Below, piece by piece: positions 38,905 through 49,050 of a stretch of 64,000 nucleotides of DNA. Below the pieces are notes generated by a model. That model saw nothing but the letters and a program-made list of their open reading frames with translations. It did not search any database and was not told the origin of the DNA. A program made the translations under genes and the position numbers. Each line of letters begins with the position of its first letter. Position 1 is the stretch's first letter. This stretch comes from Halorutilales archaeon Cl-col2-1 (lineage in GTDB: Archaea; Halobacteriota; Halobacteria; Halobacteriales; Afararchaeaceae). Location: contig CP169074.1 in the NCBI GenBank assembly GCA_041891055.1, forward strand, positions 480,001 through 544,000. The letters are read 5' to 3'.

Positions 38905-40494
38905 ATGACCGGTAGAATATTGGTCTTTATTTCTAATAAATCTGACAAAAAAATGGTGGAGAGATGGGTAAAGGATGAAACTGATTACACACTCTCGCCT
39001 CAGTCTAACCCACAAACCCCCGAAAACTTAGACCTGACATTCGACCTCTGTATACTGGATGAAGACAGCTTCGAACAGCATAAAGACTGGATCAGAAAAG
39101 TAAAAGAACTTAGTTCGGTATTACTCCCTTTTCTGCTTCTATTCCCGGAAAGTCAAGCCAAGAACTTCGATAAGCCTCGGTTCGCTGACTCTGCTGAAGT
39201 TATCAGAAATACAGTTGATGAAATAGTAGCCACTCCCCTAAGCAAACACGAACTCGGTATCCGTATAGATAACCTTCTGAGAATGCGTAAACAGAGTCAC
39301 GAAGTAGAAACTAAAGAGCATTATAGAGAGCTAAGTGAACGACTCAAAGAGAGAGAAAAAACACTCGACATCATCCAATCTGTAAATAGAACCCTGATAA
39401 AGAAGACAGACCGTGAAGAGCTGATAACGTCTGTAGCTGAGACTATCGCGAAAAGCCAAAGGTTCGGATGTACATTCATCGCTCTTACCCGGGACAGACA
39501 GACAACATATGTGTGTGAATCAGAGTCGGACTATGCCCCTCAAAAGACCTCAGACCTCCACTCAAAAGATTACATAAACGAGGTATTTGACAAAGGCATT
39601 CTCGTTATAGAAGATGTCACTCAGCCTCCGTATAAACAGCATACTTCTGAGAGGGAGAAACACCAAGGTGTAGCTCTCGCATTAAGACATAATGGGCAGG
39701 AGTTCGGTGTGCTTACAGTCCATTTTCCCCCCGATTCGCCACCCACGGAGAAAGATAAGGATCTACTCAAACAGGTCTCGGATGACCTCGCAAACAGTCT
39801 GGATAGTATCCGTGAGAGAAACCTCCGAAATGAGCGTGAGACACTAATAAAGATCCTAGATCGTGTTCTACGACACAATATGCACAATAAGATGAATGTA
39901 ATTCTCGGATACAGCGATTTTCTGAAGAACCAAGTTTCTGAGACTGAACGAAAGAAAGTCAGTAATATCATACAGGCTGGGAAAAAGCTCGTGGATATCA
40001 CAAACAAGGAGAGAGAGGTCATTAATGTAATTACCGAAGAACCAGAGCCTGAACCTATTCGGATAGATAAAGTTACTCGGGATGTCGTGAGTGAGCTGAG
40101 AGATGAATACTCCGGTGCAGATATAGAGTACAGATCAGAGGAAGCCGAAGCTCTAGCACTACCTCAGATAAGGAAGTCTATAGAAGAACTCACACGGAAC
40201 TCGGTAATACACAGTGAGGAGAGTCGCCCTAAAGTAGAAATTAAGGTTAGGGAGACGGATCAGACAGTCCAGATACGGATTGCCGATAATAATCCGAGAA
40301 TACCTGAAGAGGAAATTAAAGTTGTAACAGATAAAGTGATCGATCCTCTGTATCACGGAAGTGGAATGGGGCTCTGGCTCGTCAACTGGGTTATTGAAAA
40401 GTCGAACGGCGAGCTTGAGTTCGAACAGAAAGAACCGAGAGGGAATGTAGTCAAAGCTAAAATACCTAGACCTGGCTTTGTGGAGTTGAGCTGA
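38905..40494 (+). CDS. Sensor histidine kinase (degenerate REC-like, GAF, HATPase)
   Basis: RVLRHNMHN, HGSGMGLWLV; low GC. Confidence 0.88.
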   Translation: MTGRILVFISNKSDKKMVERWVKDETDYTLSPQSNPQTPENLDLTFDLCILDEDSFEQHKDWIRKVKELSSVLLPFLLLFPESQAKNFDKPRFADSAEVIRNTVDEIVATPLSKHELGIRIDNLLRMRKQSHEVETKEHYRELSERLKEREKTLDIIQSVNRTLIKKTDREELITSVAETIAKSQRFGCTFIALTRDRQTTYVCESESDYAPQKTSDLHSKDYINEVFDKGILVIEDVTQPPYKQHTSEREKHQGVALALRHNGQEFGVLTVHFPPDSPPTEKDKDLLKQVSDDLANSLDSIRERNLRNERETLIKILDRVLRHNMHNKMNVILGYSDFLKNQVSETERKKVSNIIQAGKKLVDITNKEREVINVITEEPEPEPIRIDKVTRDVVSELRDEYSGADIEYRSEEAEALALPQIRKSIEELTRNSVIHSEESRPKVEIKVRETDQTVQIRIADNNPRIPEEEIKVVTDKVIDPLYHGSGMGLWLVNWVIEKSNGELEFEQKEPRGNVVKAKIPRPGFVELS

Positions 40495-40520
40495 CGATCT
40501 ATCGATTTATCCGAGTGGAT

Positions 40521-43500
40521 TCAGGCAGTTTTCAGCTTCACTTTGAAGACAGAACCCTCTGGAACGTTGTCCTCCACCCAGACTTCGCCATTGTAACTGT
40601 CGACAAGAGTCTGGACTAGATAAAGACCGATACCCGTACCTCCACTCTCTAGTCCTTTCTCCCCTCTACCGAAGATCTCTTCCTTCTGTGAGTCGGGTAC
40701 CCCAGGACCGTTATCCGCTATGCTCACAACAACATCTCCGTCGGTTTCCTCAGCCGAAATTTCGACTTTTGGCGTTTCTTTGTCGTTATGCTGTACGGCG
40801 TTATTGAGTATATTTCTGAAGGCTGTTGAAAGTAGATCATTTGCTTTGACGGAGGTCTTCGGAAGTCCCTCTATACTGAACTCGGCTTCGTCGTATGCTT
40901 GTTTTCTTTTTTCGACGGAGTCCTTGAGTACTTTGGAGAGAACTGTGGGGCGGAGATCCATCTCTTCTTCCTGTTCAATCGCATCAACAAAGTCACGCGC
41001 CGTCTTCGTGAGGTCGACAACGTGCTGACTTGTACTTAAGACTGTTTCTAAGTACTCCTCACCCTCATCGTCGACGTGGTCTCTCAGCATGTCTCCCCAG
41101 CCTAAGACTAGGTTCATATCGTTACGTATGTCATGGCGGACGATACGGTTGAGCAGAGTTAACTCGTCTCTCTCGCTCTCAATCCTCTCCTCAGTCTCAA
41201 GCGTGTATAGGCCTATCGAGAGATCGTGCGCTATTTCCTCTAGAATTGTCCTCTCTTCGTCGGATATCCCTTCGACGGGAAGATGTAACGTCATAACCCC
41301 GTACTCTGTGTCTCGGTACTTCAGAGCGAGGGCTATTCCGGGATGGCTCTCCGTGTCTTCAGGATGTTGCTGATATGGTGACTGGGTCACATCGTCCATG
41401 TATAAAACGCCCTCGCCGAGAACCTCCTCTATGTAGTCCTCCGAATAGATACTCCGCCATTTGGATTCACAGTCCTCAGCTTCAGCTATCTTTCCGGCAT
41501 CGTAGACTTCGGAAAGATCACCGTCTTGATCTAGAACCCCAATCGCAGTACAGCCATACGTGTATCCCACTTCACTTCGAGAAGCCAGGGCTTCCTTTGA
41601 TGATTCAAGGATCTCCTCTTTAGTTTCTGCTTGGAGTATCCCCTGAGCGATATCCCGTATCGAGTTTAACATACTCTCCAGACGACTTTCCTTGGTCACG
41701 TCCTGTACAGTGCCGACCATCCGCACTGGCTCGCCGTCCTCGTAGTAAACATCGCCTTTCTCGTGTACTATACGTATTTCTCCGTCCGGGCGTATTATAC
41801 GGTGATCTATGTCGTAGTTGTCCTTTTCGAGAGCTTCGTCTACTGCCTCCTGTACTCTTTCGCGGTCGTCGGGATGTACGAACTCAAGCCACTTCTCGTG
41901 TGTCGGATCTATCCCACCAACTTCGACGCCGAATATCCTGTATACCTCGTCGGACCACTCGATGTTCTCGAAGTCCGAAACCCAGTGTCCTATATTAGCT
42001 ATTCTCTGTGCCTCTTGGAGTCGGTCACGTGTCTTCTCTAGCTCACTCTCGTACTCTACTCTTTTACTGATATCTCTCCCAATACCAACGACAACAGTAT
42101 TTCCTTCTTTGTCTTTTAGCCTATTAGCGATGAATTCGTAGGGTATCTCTTCTCCGTCCTTGGTCAAGAAGGTCTCTTCTGTTCTCACGCTGCCTGTTTC
42201 CATCACCTCTTTGAATACGTCTAGTACATTCTCAGTTTCCTCCTCGGGGAAGAAGCCGGTGGCGTGCATCGATCCTATCTCCTCATCCGAGTATCCAGTC
42301 ACCTCTGAGAAACTCTGGTTCCATCTTTTCATATACCCGTCAGAATCTAGTATATAGAGGGTATCCTCAATCGCGTCCAGTATAAGGTCAGTGTACTCCT
42401 TTTCGTCTTCAAGCTCCTGTTCACGCTTTTTTCTCTGAGTTATATCTCTGCTGTTAGATATGATACCGTTAATCGCGGGATTCTCAAGCTGGTTGTTGCC
42501 GCGAACTTCGAGCCAACGCCATTCTCCATCCGCTGTCTTGAACCTAGCTTCAAGAGTTACTCTTTCGTCGGGTTCGGAAATCAGCCTCCTGAATTTTCTC
42601 TTGGCCCTTTCTTCGTCCTCGGGATGGAGAAGATCGAACCCGTTCTTACCGACGAGTTCGCCGGGCTCATATCCGAGGATACGAGTGACTGACGGGCCCT
42701 GGTACTGTATCACTCCGGAGTCATCCTGGACTATGACTAAATCCGTCGACTCCTCAATATAGGCTTCATACCGCTGTAGCTCTTTCTGTCTCTCTTTACG
42801 TTCGGTAATATCCTCTCCCGAGCTGAGAACACTAACTATTTCGCCCTCCTCGTCGGTTATCACGGTATTACGCCAACTAATAACCCTCTCTTCCCCATCC
42901 TTAGTCAAGATGGGACTCTCAAACTCCTCCTCGTACTCTATCTCACCTGCCATTGCTTGAGAGAAGACTTCTTCAAGTCTGTCCCGTTCCCGCTCAGGAA
43001 TAAAGTTTTCAAACCAGTTTTTGCCTATGACTTCCTCTTTGTCATCATAGCCTAAGACCTCAGACCCTTTCTTATTAATTCGACTGACAGTGTGATCCTC
43101 ATCGATAACCACCATCATAACCCCCGCAGTATCAAAGTACTTCTGGGCTCTGTTTCTCTCCCCCTCTAACTCATCTTCATACTGTATACGCTCTGATATA
43201 TCTCTGAGTACAGTAAGTGTAGCAGGCTCGCCCTCGTACTTGATCGTAGAGACATTCATCTCAGCACAGATACTCTCCCCTTCTTTCGAGAGTACCTCCA
43301 CTTCGTACTTCTCAAGAGGCTCTTCACCCTCTAGTCTCTCTCTATATCTCTCCATCAGCTCTTCTCTATAATCGGGAGCTACGAACTCAGCGGGTGACTC
43401 TCCTATGATCTCGTCTTCGGTGTATCCCGTGAGTTCGAGGGTGCGTTCGTTGACGTATACTACTTCGCCGTCTTGGACTACGACTACGCCGTCGCGTATA

Positions 43501-43541
43501 TTCTCTACTATACTCTCGAATGTCTGGTCATCTCCTGTCAT
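40521..43541 (-). CDS. Multi-PAS/GAF sensor histidine kinase
   Basis: Five PAS/PAC repeats, RHDIRN, NAVQHN, GTGIGLYL. Confidence 0.92.
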   Translation of the reverse strand: MTGDDQTFESIVENIRDGVVVVQDGEVVYVNERTLELTGYTEDEIIGESPAEFVAPDYREELMERYRERLEGEEPLEKYEVEVLSKEGESICAEMNVSTIKYEGEPATLTVLRDISERIQYEDELEGERNRAQKYFDTAGVMMVVIDEDHTVSRINKKGSEVLGYDDKEEVIGKNWFENFIPERERDRLEEVFSQAMAGEIEYEEEFESPILTKDGEERVISWRNTVITDEEGEIVSVLSSGEDITERKERQKELQRYEAYIEESTDLVIVQDDSGVIQYQGPSVTRILGYEPGELVGKNGFDLLHPEDEERAKRKFRRLISEPDERVTLEARFKTADGEWRWLEVRGNNQLENPAINGIISNSRDITQRKKREQELEDEKEYTDLILDAIEDTLYILDSDGYMKRWNQSFSEVTGYSDEEIGSMHATGFFPEEETENVLDVFKEVMETGSVRTEETFLTKDGEEIPYEFIANRLKDKEGNTVVVGIGRDISKRVEYESELEKTRDRLQEAQRIANIGHWVSDFENIEWSDEVYRIFGVEVGGIDPTHEKWLEFVHPDDRERVQEAVDEALEKDNYDIDHRIIRPDGEIRIVHEKGDVYYEDGEPVRMVGTVQDVTKESRLESMLNSIRDIAQGILQAETKEEILESSKEALASRSEVGYTYGCTAIGVLDQDGDLSEVYDAGKIAEAEDCESKWRSIYSEDYIEEVLGEGVLYMDDVTQSPYQQHPEDTESHPGIALALKYRDTEYGVMTLHLPVEGISDEERTILEEIAHDLSIGLYTLETEERIESERDELTLLNRIVRHDIRNDMNLVLGWGDMLRDHVDDEGEEYLETVLSTSQHVVDLTKTARDFVDAIEQEEEMDLRPTVLSKVLKDSVEKRKQAYDEAEFSIEGLPKTSVKANDLLSTAFRNILNNAVQHNDKETPKVEISAEETDGDVVVSIADNGPGVPDSQKEEIFGRGEKGLESGGTGIGLYLVQTLVDSYNGEVWVEDNVPEGSVFKVKLKTA

Positions 43542-46200
43542 TTGTATCTTCCTCCGGTCTCGGCAGTTTCATCTTGACTATGTTGCCTCTCGGATCGTTC
43601 CTCTCAAACCCGAGTTCCCCACCCGACTCCCTCACAATCCAGTTGACGAGCCACAGACCCAGGCTCCCGTGGTAGAGGGGTTCGATCCTGCCTTCGTGTG
43701 TCAGAACGCCTCTCTCCATCTCGGGTATAGTCGGTCCATTGTCCGAAATACAAACCTCCACCATCTCGTTTGGTTCTACTGAGAGGGTTACCTGAGGCGT
43801 ATCCATATCGTTGTGTATTACGGCGTTTTCCACGAGTTCGGTTATCGCTCTTCTAATCTCGGGTATGGCAGACACCTCAGTCCCCTGTCTGTCTCCGTCT
43901 CGGGTGTCATAGCTTATCTCAGCATCCGGATATTCCTCACTCAGGTCGTCGATTACGTATTGAACAACACTGTCGAGAGATACAGTTTCAGTGTCTCTAC
44001 TCTCCGATATTAGCTCGACTATCTCCGCCTCTTTATCAGTCGTCTTGACTAGGCTTTCGGCTTCTTTGTGTATCTGGAGGATCTGTTCTCTCTCTTCTCC
44101 TGACAGCTTATCCTCTAGGAGCTCGGAGTACCCGAGTATCACATTCATCTTGTTATGCATGTTATGCCGGAGAATTCGGTCAAATACTCGAAGCTGCTTT
44201 TCGCGCTGCTTCAGATCCGTTATGTCCCTCGCTATACTGAGTATGCGTTTCTCGCCTCTGTACTCGGTCACAGAAGCGTGTACCTCTGCTTGGAACTCGT
44301 ATCCGGTCTTAGTCAGAAAAATACCTTCAAAAGTTGCTTCTCCATCCTCCTCTAATTCTCGGTTTAATTCTGCGAACTCTTCCTTCGAAGAGAGAGTAAT
44401 ATCTTGAAGCTCAAGTTCGAGTAACTCTTCCTCTGAGTAGCCTAGCTTGTCGACAGACGCCCTGTTCACACTCACTAACTCCCCCTCCATCTCGTGGACG
44501 AAAACAGGGTCACTAATGCTGTTGTATAGACTCCTGTATTCCTGCTCGCGCTCCTCACGTAGCTCTCTTTGCTGTATGCTGTTCAGCGTCAGACCGATGT
44601 CATCCGCAAGATCATTGAGAAGATTGATCTCCTCGTTAGAGATTGATGACTGAGGCAGAGAATGTACTGTCAGTATCCCGTATCTCTCACCACCGTGGTG
44701 TATCGCGATTCCTACCCCTTCGTGCTTCCCCTTATCCATAGAATGCTGTTGGTATGGAGAAGAAGTCACATCTTCCATAACTAAGATGCCGTCTTCGAAC
44801 ACTTCTCGCACGTATTCGTCCGAATGGAACTCTTCTATCTCTTCCTCTGAGAGAACCGTGTCTCCTTTACCGATATGTGTCAACTCTTCGCCGTCAGTAA
44901 GACAGACGAAAGTACATCCGAAGAGTTCACTCTCAGAGATTATCTCAGCCGTCGAAGTAGCAATCTCTTCTCTACTGTCGTACCTGACGAGACACTCGTT
45001 GACTTCACGTACGACTTTCAGAACCTCTACTAGATCCCTCAGACGCTCCTGCTGTCGTTTATGTTCTGTAATATCCCGCAGTGCGCCAGCAATACCTCGG
45101 ATTTCACCTTCGTCGTCTCTTAAAGGATAGTACCGTATATCGAAGACTCTGTCCTCTCCCTCTGGGCTCTCACGCTCCATCTCGTACTCGACTGCCTCTC
45201 CGTCTAGGACTTCCTGGATATGTGGTTTTATTTCCTCGAACATCTCTTCTCCGAGAATGCTCGAAAGATTTTTTCCGACGATTTCTTCGGAGTTCGGGAG
45301 GTTGTACTTGATGTACGAGTCGTTGGCAAACAGGTAGTTGAAATCCCTATCGACTGCAGCGATTAGATCCTTCGAACTCTCTATTGCCTGTTTGTACTCA
45401 CTTAATCTCCTTTCACGTTTCTTACGCTCCGAGATATCTCTGCCTATACCTATTACAACGGTCTCTCCCTCAGGATTCGTTATTCTGCTCGATAAGAACT
45501 CGTAAGGGATCTCTTTACCATCCTTAGTCCTCAGAAGTGACTCTACCTTGATACCTCCTGTCTCGACGGCTTCCCGAACTGCGTCTCGTATAGACTCTTT
45601 GTCCTCTTCGGGGAAGAATTCAGTAACATTCCTCGATCCTATCTCTTCGTCTGAGTATCCCGTTACTTCGTTGACTCTCGCGTTCCAGTCTATCAGATCT
45701 CCTTCCGTGTCATGGATATATATAATATCCTCGAACGAGTCCTCTATCTTCTCACGGTACTTCTTTTCTTCCTTGAGACCTTGATTGGTTTCTTTGAGAC
45801 TCTTCTCGTACTTCTCTTTCTTACTCATCCAGCGGTAGATACCGAATACGATTAGTACAATACCTACTGACAGCCCCGTAGCCTCTAGTATCTCGAAATG
45901 CACGCCCGGCTCGTAGATGTCCTCTAATGCATCTACGAAGAAGCCTAAGAAAAACAGGGATATACCCGTGACTAAGGGACGGTAGATATCTTTCTCATCC
46001 GAGAGTCTTTGTACTCCTATAATCCCTGTGAATGAAACGACTGCTACGATAAATTCACCCAAGATACGTCCCCATATCACTCCTGTTTTGGGAGTAGACG
46101 TTAATGATGCCCGAAACCAAAGAAATACGGCTATTATCGAAAGAAGTAGGATAATAGCCCATCCTTTTATCTGGCTGGTTTTGTTTGTTATTATCCTCAT
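43528..46200 (-). CDS. Membrane PAS/GAF sensor histidine kinase
   Basis: 4 N-terminal TM, 3 PAS, GAF, RHNMHN, HGSLGLW. Confidence 0.9.
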   Translation of the reverse strand: MRIITNKTSQIKGWAIILLLSIIAVFLWFRASLTSTPKTGVIWGRILGEFIVAVVSFTGIIGVQRLSDEKDIYRPLVTGISLFFLGFFVDALEDIYEPGVHFEILEATGLSVGIVLIVFGIYRWMSKKEKYEKSLKETNQGLKEEKKYREKIEDSFEDIIYIHDTEGDLIDWNARVNEVTGYSDEEIGSRNVTEFFPEEDKESIRDAVREAVETGGIKVESLLRTKDGKEIPYEFLSSRITNPEGETVVIGIGRDISERKKRERRLSEYKQAIESSKDLIAAVDRDFNYLFANDSYIKYNLPNSEEIVGKNLSSILGEEMFEEIKPHIQEVLDGEAVEYEMERESPEGEDRVFDIRYYPLRDDEGEIRGIAGALRDITEHKRQQERLRDLVEVLKVVREVNECLVRYDSREEIATSTAEIISESELFGCTFVCLTDGEELTHIGKGDTVLSEEEIEEFHSDEYVREVFEDGILVMEDVTSSPYQQHSMDKGKHEGVGIAIHHGGERYGILTVHSLPQSSISNEEINLLNDLADDIGLTLNSIQQRELREEREQEYRSLYNSISDPVFVHEMEGELVSVNRASVDKLGYSEEELLELELQDITLSSKEEFAELNRELEEDGEATFEGIFLTKTGYEFQAEVHASVTEYRGEKRILSIARDITDLKQREKQLRVFDRILRHNMHNKMNVILGYSELLEDKLSGEEREQILQIHKEAESLVKTTDKEAEIVELISESRDTETVSLDSVVQYVIDDLSEEYPDAEISYDTRDGDRQGTEVSAIPEIRRAITELVENAVIHNDMDTPQVTLSVEPNEMVEVCISDNGPTIPEMERGVLTHEGRIEPLYHGSLGLWLVNWIVRESGGELGFERNDPRGNIVKMKLPRPEEDTNDRR

Positions 46201-46406
46201 TTTCACCTTCACCCTCACCTTCGTCTGCGATAGGTTTCGCAGACTACACTGATGGCAATATACTATCCTATGTTTATGAAGCTAGGGGGGGATTGGCACA
46301 CTCTGGCAAAATACAACTCCTATCTGACTCCTTGACTCGAGATGCAAAGAGTCATTTTGTCAAGACCGGCGAAAGAGTAATACCGTCGGATCGGTAGTTA
46401 GGAGAT

Positions 46407-46543
46407 ATGCCGTTGCAACAAGGCTATACAACACGGGACGGCGAAAGGAAGGGCTACTATCGATGGGGTGACTCGGGGAAGAGGTATATCTATACTCCGG
46501 GTGACGACGAAGATAGAGAACGAGCTAAGGAGAAGGGTAACAT
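46407..46543 (+). pseudogene. Small protein gene (YYRWGDSGKRYIYTPGD) interrupted by IS605 miniature
   Basis: Protein-like sequence ends abruptly at the element's right end and the frame reads into the element. Confidence 0.55.
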
Positions 46544-46945
46544 GTCAACTACCCCACCCTACTTCGCTCAGTCTGACGACTTCGTCTCAAACTCTACGAG
46601 TTTGAGGGCTCGTGAATCTAAGATTCACGAACGCTCGTTGAGGGTAGGGCTTGTCCGTGTTCTCGCCCTCGACCGTAGTATTGTTCTATACTACGTGGGC
46701 GGTCAAACCGCACTCGGGGTCATCGTCCCGGACTTCGGGGCAAGTTGACTGTTGCCCGTCCATCCGAACAGCTGTTGGCTTGAATGGACGTGTCTTACTG
46801 TACTCCCTTGAGTCAAATAAGTGTACGTCTTCCTCCCCTCCCTACTCATCCGCTATCTCGTGAATCGGAGATTCACGAAGGTACGCAAATCTTTGATTTG
46901 CTTGAAAGCGGATTCCTTGAGGAAGGGGACTCCGCCTGAACAAGT
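46544..46945 (-). mobile_element. Non-autonomous IS200/IS605 miniature (left end, omegaRNA region, right end)
   Basis: Right end GTCAACTACCCCACCCTAC...GAGGGTAGGGCTTG matches 38320-38380; tnpB tail remnant TGNSQLAPKSGTMTP; left-end hairpin CCCCTCCCTACTC...GAGGAAGGGG; left boundary approximate. Confidence 0.8.
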
Positions 46946-47026
46946 TGAAACCGTTAGTTATCTCAGAGGGACACTCCAAGTTCAACTGCCGACACCTATT
47001 TAGCTCTGTAATACAAACGAGTACAC

Positions 47027-47257
47027 ATGTCGGAGAGTCTAAAACCAGTACAGGCACGTATACCTGAGAAAGTCGAGGAAGAGCTAGACGAACTCATAGA
47101 GACGGGCGAGTACGCAAGTCGGAGTGAAGTGATCCGTGAGGCTCTCCGGAAGCTACTCGCCGAGAACCGACGTGAGTCCCTACGTGAGTTAGCTGAACGC
47201 GCAGGCGTGAGTGAAGACGAGATGCTCGAAGAGCTCGACGAAGTTAGACACGGATGA
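47027..47257 (+). CDS. Ribbon-helix-helix (CopG) antitoxin
   Basis: VQARIP...LDELIETGEYASRSEVIREALR. Confidence 0.9.
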   Translation: MSESLKPVQARIPEKVEEELDELIETGEYASRSEVIREALRKLLAENRRESLRELAERAGVSEDEMLEELDEVRHG

Positions 47258-47685
47258 ACTCCGGTAATCGTACTGCTTTCGTGGATACTAACGTTCTAAT
47301 CTCGGGGATCTTCTTCGATGGTCTTGAAGCTGAACTCTTAGACTCACGGAGTATATATCTCGTTACAGCTGAGGTCTGTCGTGATGAACTCGAAGAAGTA
47401 GCAGTACGTAAGTCAGGTACTTTCAGGATCTCCGAACAGGGAGCAGTTGAGGCTCTCGACACCGCGCTGATAGACATCGACATTATCCCCGAAGAAGAGT
47501 ACGAGGATCGATACGGTGAGGCAGTCGATGTATTAAGCGAAGGCAACGACGCTAAGGTCTTCGCCTCGGTGCTCGAAGCTAATCCGGATTACTTCGTCAC
47601 CGGTGACAAGGACTTTCACACGGATACTGTGGCTGAGAAGGTCAACGTCGTGCGTACACGAGAGGTCTTAGAAGAGATAGACTAA
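47254..47685 (+). CDS. PIN-domain toxin (VapC-like)
   Basis: FVDTNVLIS, D-A-K-V, FVTGDKDF; 4-nt overlap with antitoxin. Confidence 0.9.
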   Translation: MNSGNRTAFVDTNVLISGIFFDGLEAELLDSRSIYLVTAEVCRDELEEVAVRKSGTFRISEQGAVEALDTALIDIDIIPEEEYEDRYGEAVDVLSEGNDAKVFASVLEANPDYFVTGDKDFHTDTVAEKVNVVRTREVLEEID

Positions 47686-47726
47686 CTGAGTTCTTCACCG
47701 ATAGTTCTCCTCACGGACTCGAAGTA

Positions 47727-47748
47727 TGCCACCTCCCGGATTTGAACC
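47727..47748 (-). repeat. att-like duplication of tRNA-Phe 3' end
   Basis: TGCCACCTCCCGGATTTGAACC vs TGCCGCCTCCCGGATTTGAACC at 50330 (21/22). Confidence 0.9.
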
Positions 47749-47854
47749 TCGGGAACGGAACCCTGAAATAAAGCCAGGAAATCCGCCGCTACCTGGCATT
47801 TCTGGAGAGAAACATTCCAGCGATTCTATCATTACTCCGCTCATGGTTCAGGAT

Positions 47855-48024
47855 ATGGGGGCCGTTCGACACGAGGGGTCGGGAACGTGGCACCTGATAG
47901 GGGCGCGAGAATGTGGTGCCGAACCCGAAGGCGCGACCGTCGAAGGAACTTGGGCCGAGGTGCGGAACCGTGTCGACCGCGATGCTGGCGAACGGTGTAG
48001 TCGGCCAACTGGCCAAGGAGTTAG
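47855..48024 (+). pseudogene. Small hypothetical gene, apparently frameshifted near C-terminal Cys motif
   Basis: MGAVRHEGSGTWHLIGAREC...ERCSR, then NWPRS* in shifted frame. Confidence 0.4.
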
Positions 48025-48108
48025 AGCGGATCGCAAACTCACGCGTTTCGTGGATCGGTTTAGGCTCCAGTGGTATTGTCGGAGTCCTGGGTTCTTACTT
48101 GGGTGTGA

Positions 48109-48136
48109 TTATACACAAATAACTAATTGTGTATAA
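48109..48136. promoter_or_regulatory. Perfect 10-8-10 inverted repeat upstream of TATA box (candidate RHH operator)
   Basis: TTATACACAA-ataactaa-TTGTGTATAA followed by TTTATAAA at ~48145 and ATG 48177. Confidence 0.55.
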
Positions 48137-48176
48137 GGACAATGTTTATAAACTTAGAGTAGGTAGTAAGGATCGC

Positions 48177-48653
48177 ATGTCGCCAAGTATGCATCTCGAC
48201 TCAGAGCTCTATGAAGCTCTGGGACAATATGGCAATCGAGACGAATCCTGGAACGATGTAGTTGCGCGTGTGCTCGAACACGTTGACGAGGAGGCGGCCC
48301 TTGAAGACAGGAATAACCGCGTGACGACCTATGAAGGTCAGTCATCGGCTACTGATGATAGCCCTCTCAGTACACTGGAGGATGGTACGGTGGTTCGCCA
48401 CGTGTACCAGCGTGGTGAATACAGTGGCGAGGATGTGGAGGCAACGGTACAGAGAGGTCGAATTAACGTTGAGGGCGATGAGGGACCGGAAGACCGCGCT
48501 ATCGAGACGAGAACACCCTCAGGTGCTGCCCGAGAAGCTGACAAACTCGTCCGGGGAGACGACGCCCGTGGTAGCGGATACAGCGGCTGGGAATGGTGGG
48601 AGTATCAGAATGAAGACGGCAATTGGGTTCCAATAGATACACTCCGCGAATAG
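48177..48653 (+). CDS. RHH-like DNA-binding domain fused to RAMA (DUF4357-like) domain
   Basis: LYEAL...DESWNDVVARVL N-terminus; ATVQRGRI...TPSGAA...SGWEWW C-terminus. Confidence 0.75.
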   Translation: MSPSMHLDSELYEALGQYGNRDESWNDVVARVLEHVDEEAALEDRNNRVTTYEGQSSATDDSPLSTLEDGTVVRHVYQRGEYSGEDVEATVQRGRINVEGDEGPEDRAIETRTPSGAAREADKLVRGDDARGSGYSGWEWWEYQNEDGNWVPIDTLRE

Positions 48654-48689
48654 GCCATCAAAGTGTCCGACATCACAAGGTGATAACCC

Positions 48690-48977
48690 ATGACATCAGA
48701 CAACAACGATGCAGAATTGACAATGCTTCCAGACGATACCGTGCTCCGCTTCAAGTACTACCGTACGGAGTACGAGGGCGTTGAGTACCATGCCCGTGTG
48801 AGGGATGGCCGAATCGAGTTCCAAGGGGAAACCTGGAGCCCATCAGGTGCCGCCCGCGAGGTTGATAATCTCATCCGAGGTGAGGACGCATCAACGTGGA
48901 ACGGATGGGAGAAATGGGAATGGAACCGGGGAGACGGAACCTGGGAGCCGATAAGCAGCCTCACTGCCGACGACTAA
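48690..48977 (+). CDS. Stand-alone RAMA (DUF4357-like) domain protein
   Basis: ARVRDGRIEFQGETWSPSGAA...NGWEKW. Confidence 0.78.
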   Translation: MTSDNNDAELTMLPDDTVLRFKYYRTEYEGVEYHARVRDGRIEFQGETWSPSGAAREVDNLIRGEDASTWNGWEKWEWNRGDGTWEPISSLTADD

Positions 48978-49050
48978 AGAGACACCCCTGTGCGAGAATG
49001 AGTGGAAACGGGAGGGGAAGGCTGGTTTCTGACCTTTCTGTTGAGGTCCA

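Noticed and set aside
46407-46748. 113 aa ORF as an intact gene
   Set aside because: Everything after ~46543 is read-through into the IS605 right end and hairpins.
47726-48136. 136 aa ORF beginning MPPPGFEP
   Set aside because: The N-terminus is the antisense reading of the tRNA 3' duplication; only the part from 47855 looks coding.
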